DNA from: Octopus vulgaris
Taxonomy: Eukaryota
Reading direction: 5' to 3'
DNA: 64,000 nt
NCBI GenBank assembly: GCA_951406725.2
Contig: OX597823.1
Location: 40,052,001-40,116,000 of the forward strand
Every line of letters starts with the position of its first letter. Position 1 is the stretch's first letter. Positions 58,437-64,000 of the stretch are shown here, in pieces. Below the pieces are notes generated by a model, which worked only from the letters and a program-made list of their open reading frames with translations, ran no database searches and was not told the origin of the DNA. The translations under genes were made by a program, and so were the position numbers.

Positions 58437-59998
58437 CTTAGATAACTTAGATATGTTTCGACCAAAGATTGGTCCAGGCCATGTTTAACTTAATAGCACC
58501 ACCTGATAGGATTATTCGAATCCTGTTTAAGTCAAGTTTTGTTCAAGTAGTGAGTTCTTGTTGGGTGAGTTGTATCCAATTATGGGTGGCTTATCTGGTA
58601 TTCTTTGAAGGAATCTATCCAGACTCCGTTTAAAGTTGATGGGATCCTTTTCCTCTTTGATCTCCCTCGGGACAATGTTAAATAGGGCAGGGCCTGTTGA
58701 GGAAAAGAAATTATGTTGCAGTGTACATGTATGTTGTGATCTTGAATTGGGCAGGGGACGTATGGCCCGTGGTCCCAGTCTTGGATGAACCTTGAAGCTA
58801 ATGTTAAGGTCGTTTGGGCAAAGTTGGTGGTATATTCTCCACATCGTACAAATGATGTACCGCTCACGGCGACGCTGGAGGGAATAAAGTTTCAAGGCTT
58901 TAAGGCGATCCCAATAATCGAGGGCAGCCATGCCTTCAATTCGTTTAGTGAGTACCCTCTGGGGTGACTCAATTCTGGAGATGTTTTGTCTTGTATGGGG
59001 AGATCACAGTGGGCAGCAGTATTCAAGGTGTGGCCGTACAAAGGAGGAGAAAAGTGGTATGATGACACCTTGTTCTCTGGACCGGAAAGTTCTTAAGATC
59101 CAGGAACTCATCCTACGAGCTATATCGATCTTCTTGTTGATGTGTGCACTCCAACTGAGATCGTCATCAACAATTACACCCAGGTCTCTGATATTGTTAG
59201 AGGCTGTGAGCGGTTCCCCTGAAGGAAGAGAGTATGGTTGTTTTAGTGAGGAATTTCTTCCAAAATGCATCAGCTCAAATTTTCCCTCATTCAGTTGCAT
59301 TTTGTTTCTTTCTGCCCATTGACTCACAGCATAGAGATCAGACTGGAGTTGAGTTCGGTCTGCTTCTTCATTGACGATTTGATGGAGCTTAGTGTCATCA
59401 GCAAATATTTTCACTTTGCAGTAATGTACGACACTGGAAAGGTGGTTTATGTAAATTATAAAGAGTAGAGGACCCAAAACAGTCCCATGGGGAACACCGC
59501 TGGTGACTTTTGCTGGGCTTGAGTGGACACCATCAACTACAACATGTTGTGTTCTATTCGCCAGGAAATACTTAATCCAGTGTAGAACTTTTCCACGGAT
59601 TCCAACATTTGCCAATTTTGAGAGTAGGATATTATGGTCTACCCTGTCGAACGCTTTACTGAAGTCTAGATATATGACGTCAGAGTTCGAACCTGTTCCC
59701 AAGGCTCTGAGTACATCTTCAATGTGGTGTAAGAGCTGTGTTAGACAGTCCCTGCCACAGCGAAAGCCATGCTGATTTGCATTTAGGAGTTTGTGGGTCT
59801 CCAGGAAGTCAGCTATCCTTGATCGTAACACTCTTTCAAACACTTTAATGATGTGGGAGGTGAGTGAGATTGGGCGATAGTTGACTGCGAGGGATCTGTT
59901 TCCCTGTTTGAAAACCGGGATGACCGACTGGGATAGAAACTGTTTCGGTATATAACCTGCGTCTAGCGAATTTCTCCAGAGGTTGGTCAGAGGGACTG
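58435..59998 (-). mobile_element. 5'-truncated CR1/L2-group LINE (RT domain, frameshift near 59000) in (TA)n
   Basis: [69 protein letters not shown]; tail (TATCTAAGT)2. Confidence 0.92.
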
Positions 59999-60087
<89 letters not shown>

Positions 60088-60094
60088 TATATGT

Positions 60095-60152
<58 letters not shown>

Positions 60153-60270
60153 TGGCCTGCTCGCTTAGCCAGCGGGATGGCGTCATTCGAAGGCTAAAAC
60201 AATGCGAACGCATTGTGACCAGCGATGTGTAACAACGTATGATGGTCTGGTCGGTCACGTGATCACGTGA

Positions 60271-60306
<36 letters not shown>

Positions 60307-60409
60307 GTGGTGACTATTAGTTCCGGTATCGTAAATGCTCTACAGTAGACGGATGTCAAATTTTTGCCCGGCATGAAAACAAGTCAGCCGGCTCACTGCC
60401 TTAGTAACT

Positions 60410-61225
<816 letters not shown>

Positions 61226-62886
61226 CTTTTAGTTGTAACTGTTAGTTCCGGTATCGCAAATGTTCTACAGTAGATGGGTGTCAAATTTACTGTGTAGAAC
61301 TTTTTATCCCTTAATTGTTTCTCTCATTGGAGTGCGCCCATGCTATGGCACCACCTTGATGTTGTTTTAATATTTATTTTTTTTTTAATTTGGCACTTAT
61401 TTTATAGATTTCTTTTACCGATCCACCAAGCAAAGTGTGTATGGGTGGCAACAAACAGACACACACACACAAACATATATACAAGACGGGATTCTACACA
61501 GTTTCCTTTTATTAACTTCGCTCACAAAGCATTGGGTGACCCGGGGCTATTGTAGAAAATACGTGCCCAAATTGCCGTATAGTGAAATAGAACTCGAAAC
61601 TACAAGTTGAAAAGCGAGCTTCTTAACTTCAGGGCTATACGGAGTATTTTTTAAAATAGATTTCTCGTATCACACAATCTACAGCACTTTCTCACACGAA
61701 TCTAAATATGTCATAAGACCAAATTCTATAGATGGGACTACAAGTGTGTCGTTTCCACAGAAAGTGTTGCTACTGAGATAAATTTTAAACATACATTTTG
61801 TTTTTGCCCTGTCAAAACATCCATTTTTCATTCTCATTGCGACATTTTTCATACACAGTGATTAACCTCATATATATCCAAATATTTGTAGAAAACGGAG
61901 AAGTTTTCAGTTCCTGTTACAGTGACATAGCTAGAGTGTGCGTCACAGACCAGGGCAGCCCATGAATTTGTCGCTATCCCCGGGGCACCCACGCCTATAT
62001 AGGTTTAAACAGCAGACCCGAAGTGCCCCACCCTCTTCATAAAAAGCATCGTCCAGGTTGGAACTCCCCCCCCCACCTCACTAGCAATCTTAATGTCCTG
62101 TTTTATCTTCCCTCTCTAGAGTTATTTGCTCCACAAGTCCGTTTGCACCGTTTTGCTATTTTCTTCCATTTCTCTACTCCAAATCATATTTTGATGTCCC
62201 TGCTAAATGTGTGACAATAACAACTAGTCTGTCAAAATGGGGTTCACAAACAGTAAGGGGATGATGAATAAGCCTGATTCTCTTTCTCCCTATCTAGTGC
62301 CGCAAACTGGCTCCCTCTTTTTCTATGAACCAATAATCAAGCAGAAAACTAATTTTTGAAATGGAGATTCCTTTGAGGTTGTACATTCGAGTTATGTTTC
62401 TGTTGGGGGCATTACGAATTATTTACCACTTCTCCATAATGTTAGAAATCTGATGTACTTCAAGTATTTAGATGATATCCGTTTTGGAGGGTCAAACCAA
62501 AAACCTTATAGTTTGTACAGGCATACAACCGGCTCGGATTTGTACTTTGACATCATACAATACCACCTTGATAACAAGGAGTGAGTCCTTTTTTTTTGTT
62601 GTGTGTAGAGGTCATCGTTCTATAAGAGAGATCTGGTAGCCTAGCAACTAGATAACGTATAATGACCGCAATACGTGTGTATGCGTGCGCGTGTGTGTAC
62701 GTGTACGTGCGCGAGTGCGTATTCACACACGCACACATATATATACATACATATATATATATAAATTCATAAATGAGGGTGAAAAATTAGATATTAATTA
62801 AATAATACCACCTATACCAGAAAAAGGAGCTATTTTTAGCACTAGAGTTAACCACTTAGCGGTAACTCTCTTATATTTAAGTATAC

Positions 62887-62961
<75 letters not shown>

Positions 62962-63012
62962 GTGAAGGGAAGAAATGGAGCTGAACGAAGATTCTACAGA
63001 ATTCCTTTTATT

Positions 63013-63098
63013 ATTTTCTACACATGTTTCAAAGGCCGCAAATTTCCAAATTCGGACTGAATAAGGAGACCATTTTGCAGCTTTCTCTTCAGGAAAAT
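63013..63098 (-). ncRNA. Type-I hammerhead ribozyme in PLE 3' repeat (H9)
   Basis: attttc-CTGAAGA-[gaaagctgcaaa..tttgcggccttt]-GAAAC-atgt-GTA-gaaaat. Confidence 0.8.
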
Positions 63099-63709
63099 CC
63101 AGGAATTTAAAACTCCAAAACAAATGCGCAGCAAGGTATTCGAACAAAACGCTCCTTAGGAGCCTATGAAATAGCACAAAACTGTCTCTCAATTTGCGTT
63201 GACGTCAGGTGGGGTGTGGTGGAGGCCGACGAAAAAGTCCGTTGGAATAAATCATGTCAAACTGCGGTCAAACCTGGTAGTGGAAGAAATACTGAAAACC
63301 AAAGGGTGTGAATATATTCTGTATAACTAATGTTAATGTTCTGAATGTTTTAAGAATTAAGGCTGTCTTATTTAAGGTGTGAGAACCTGCCTACATGTAT
63401 GTGTGTGCGCTCCTGTGTATGTGTGGGAATATGTCAGGCAGCTGCTAGAGGGAAAGAGAACTGTTGATTTTGTTTGTCAAGCAGCTGATAAGAGTCTGTG
63501 TCTGTGTGTTCGTCTGTGGCCAGCTTGTATACAGATGACTTATCAAACCAAGGGGAATATAATCCCTGATATTGCTTCTAAAAAAGTAGCAGACCATACG
63601 CTAAAAGGGGAGTAATTTCCCCTTGTAAATTCAATTCAAAGATTTTTTCAAAATTTTCAAAATTTTTTTTTCCTTTCTTAGGACAACAAGGGGTTAATTA
63701 TCTTAGGTT

Positions 63710-64000
63710 TCAATTGTATGCAAGAAATGTATGTCGGCGCCAATGGGGACATCTGAAAGAATTTTGCAAAATCCCGTTAACTAGGCGCCCTCGGGCGAAT
63801 AAAATGTGAAAAAGCTCAGAGCTGCAGAGATTACATATTCTTTTGCCTCTATCAAACGGTAGAGACACCGATAAAATCGACCATTCCAGTCTAAATGCTG
63901 AATTCGCGTTCTTCAAACGCCAGATCAATTTACTAAGTCCTGTCGCGTGATGTTTCCTAAAATCGCGAAATGTTGTGAAGTGGTTCGATATTCTCACGGC
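63710..64000 (-). CDS. C-terminal part of PLE GIY-YIG endonuclease (partial)
   Basis: RISNHFTTF..TGLSKLIWRLK..LEWSIL..PFD..CNLC..E..HIL..LVN..RCPH matches the TxLSxxIWxLK/CxLC/KCRH-type PLE endonuclease tail. Confidence 0.8.
   Translation of the reverse strand, partial: AVRISNHFTTFRDFRKHHATGLSKLIWRLKNANSAFRLEWSILSVSLPFDRGKRICNLCSSELFHILFARGRLVNGILQNSFRCPHWRRHTFLAYN

Larger units (their letters stand above)
62958..64000 (-). mobile_element. 3' end of a Penelope-like element (Hydra-clade-like), ending in (TA)n; continues beyond the window
   Basis: Endonuclease C-terminus, 3' UTR/pLTR with hammerhead, terminal (TA)n. Confidence 0.8.

Overview
A eukaryotic, AT-rich, repeat-saturated window with no recognisable host protein-coding gene. 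Its SINE and microsatellite make-up suggests a cephalopod, probably Octopus; this is an inference from recalled repeat families. Nearly all ORF-track entries are microsatellite artefacts. The largest element is a near full-length, frameshifted Tx1/L1-clade LINE (17.0-22.2 kb, -) bounded by (TC)n, which splits a Penelope-like element (PLE) between the two halves of its GIY-YIG motif. Other retroelements are fragments of CRE, HERO, several R4/Dong-like and one CR1-like LINE, four SINE-like families, and the 3' end of a second PLE at the right edge. DNA elements are a complete but decayed pogo transposon, DD37D Tc1/mariner remnants, Helitrons/HINEs and MITEs with 8-bp TSDs. The most striking signal, read by eye, is 13 minimal type-I hammerhead ribozyme motifs (8 with an intact catalytic core) from about 9 unrelated sequence families. 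Almost all lie in short non-coding elements within or beside (TA)n-rich tracts. Several of these elements are long fold-back palindromes (a perfect 420-bp-arm inverted repeat; a spacerless ~450-bp palindrome) or partial tandem repeats. Together they are a candidate PLE/retrozyme-like non-autonomous RNA system. Coordinates of degenerate elements are approximate.
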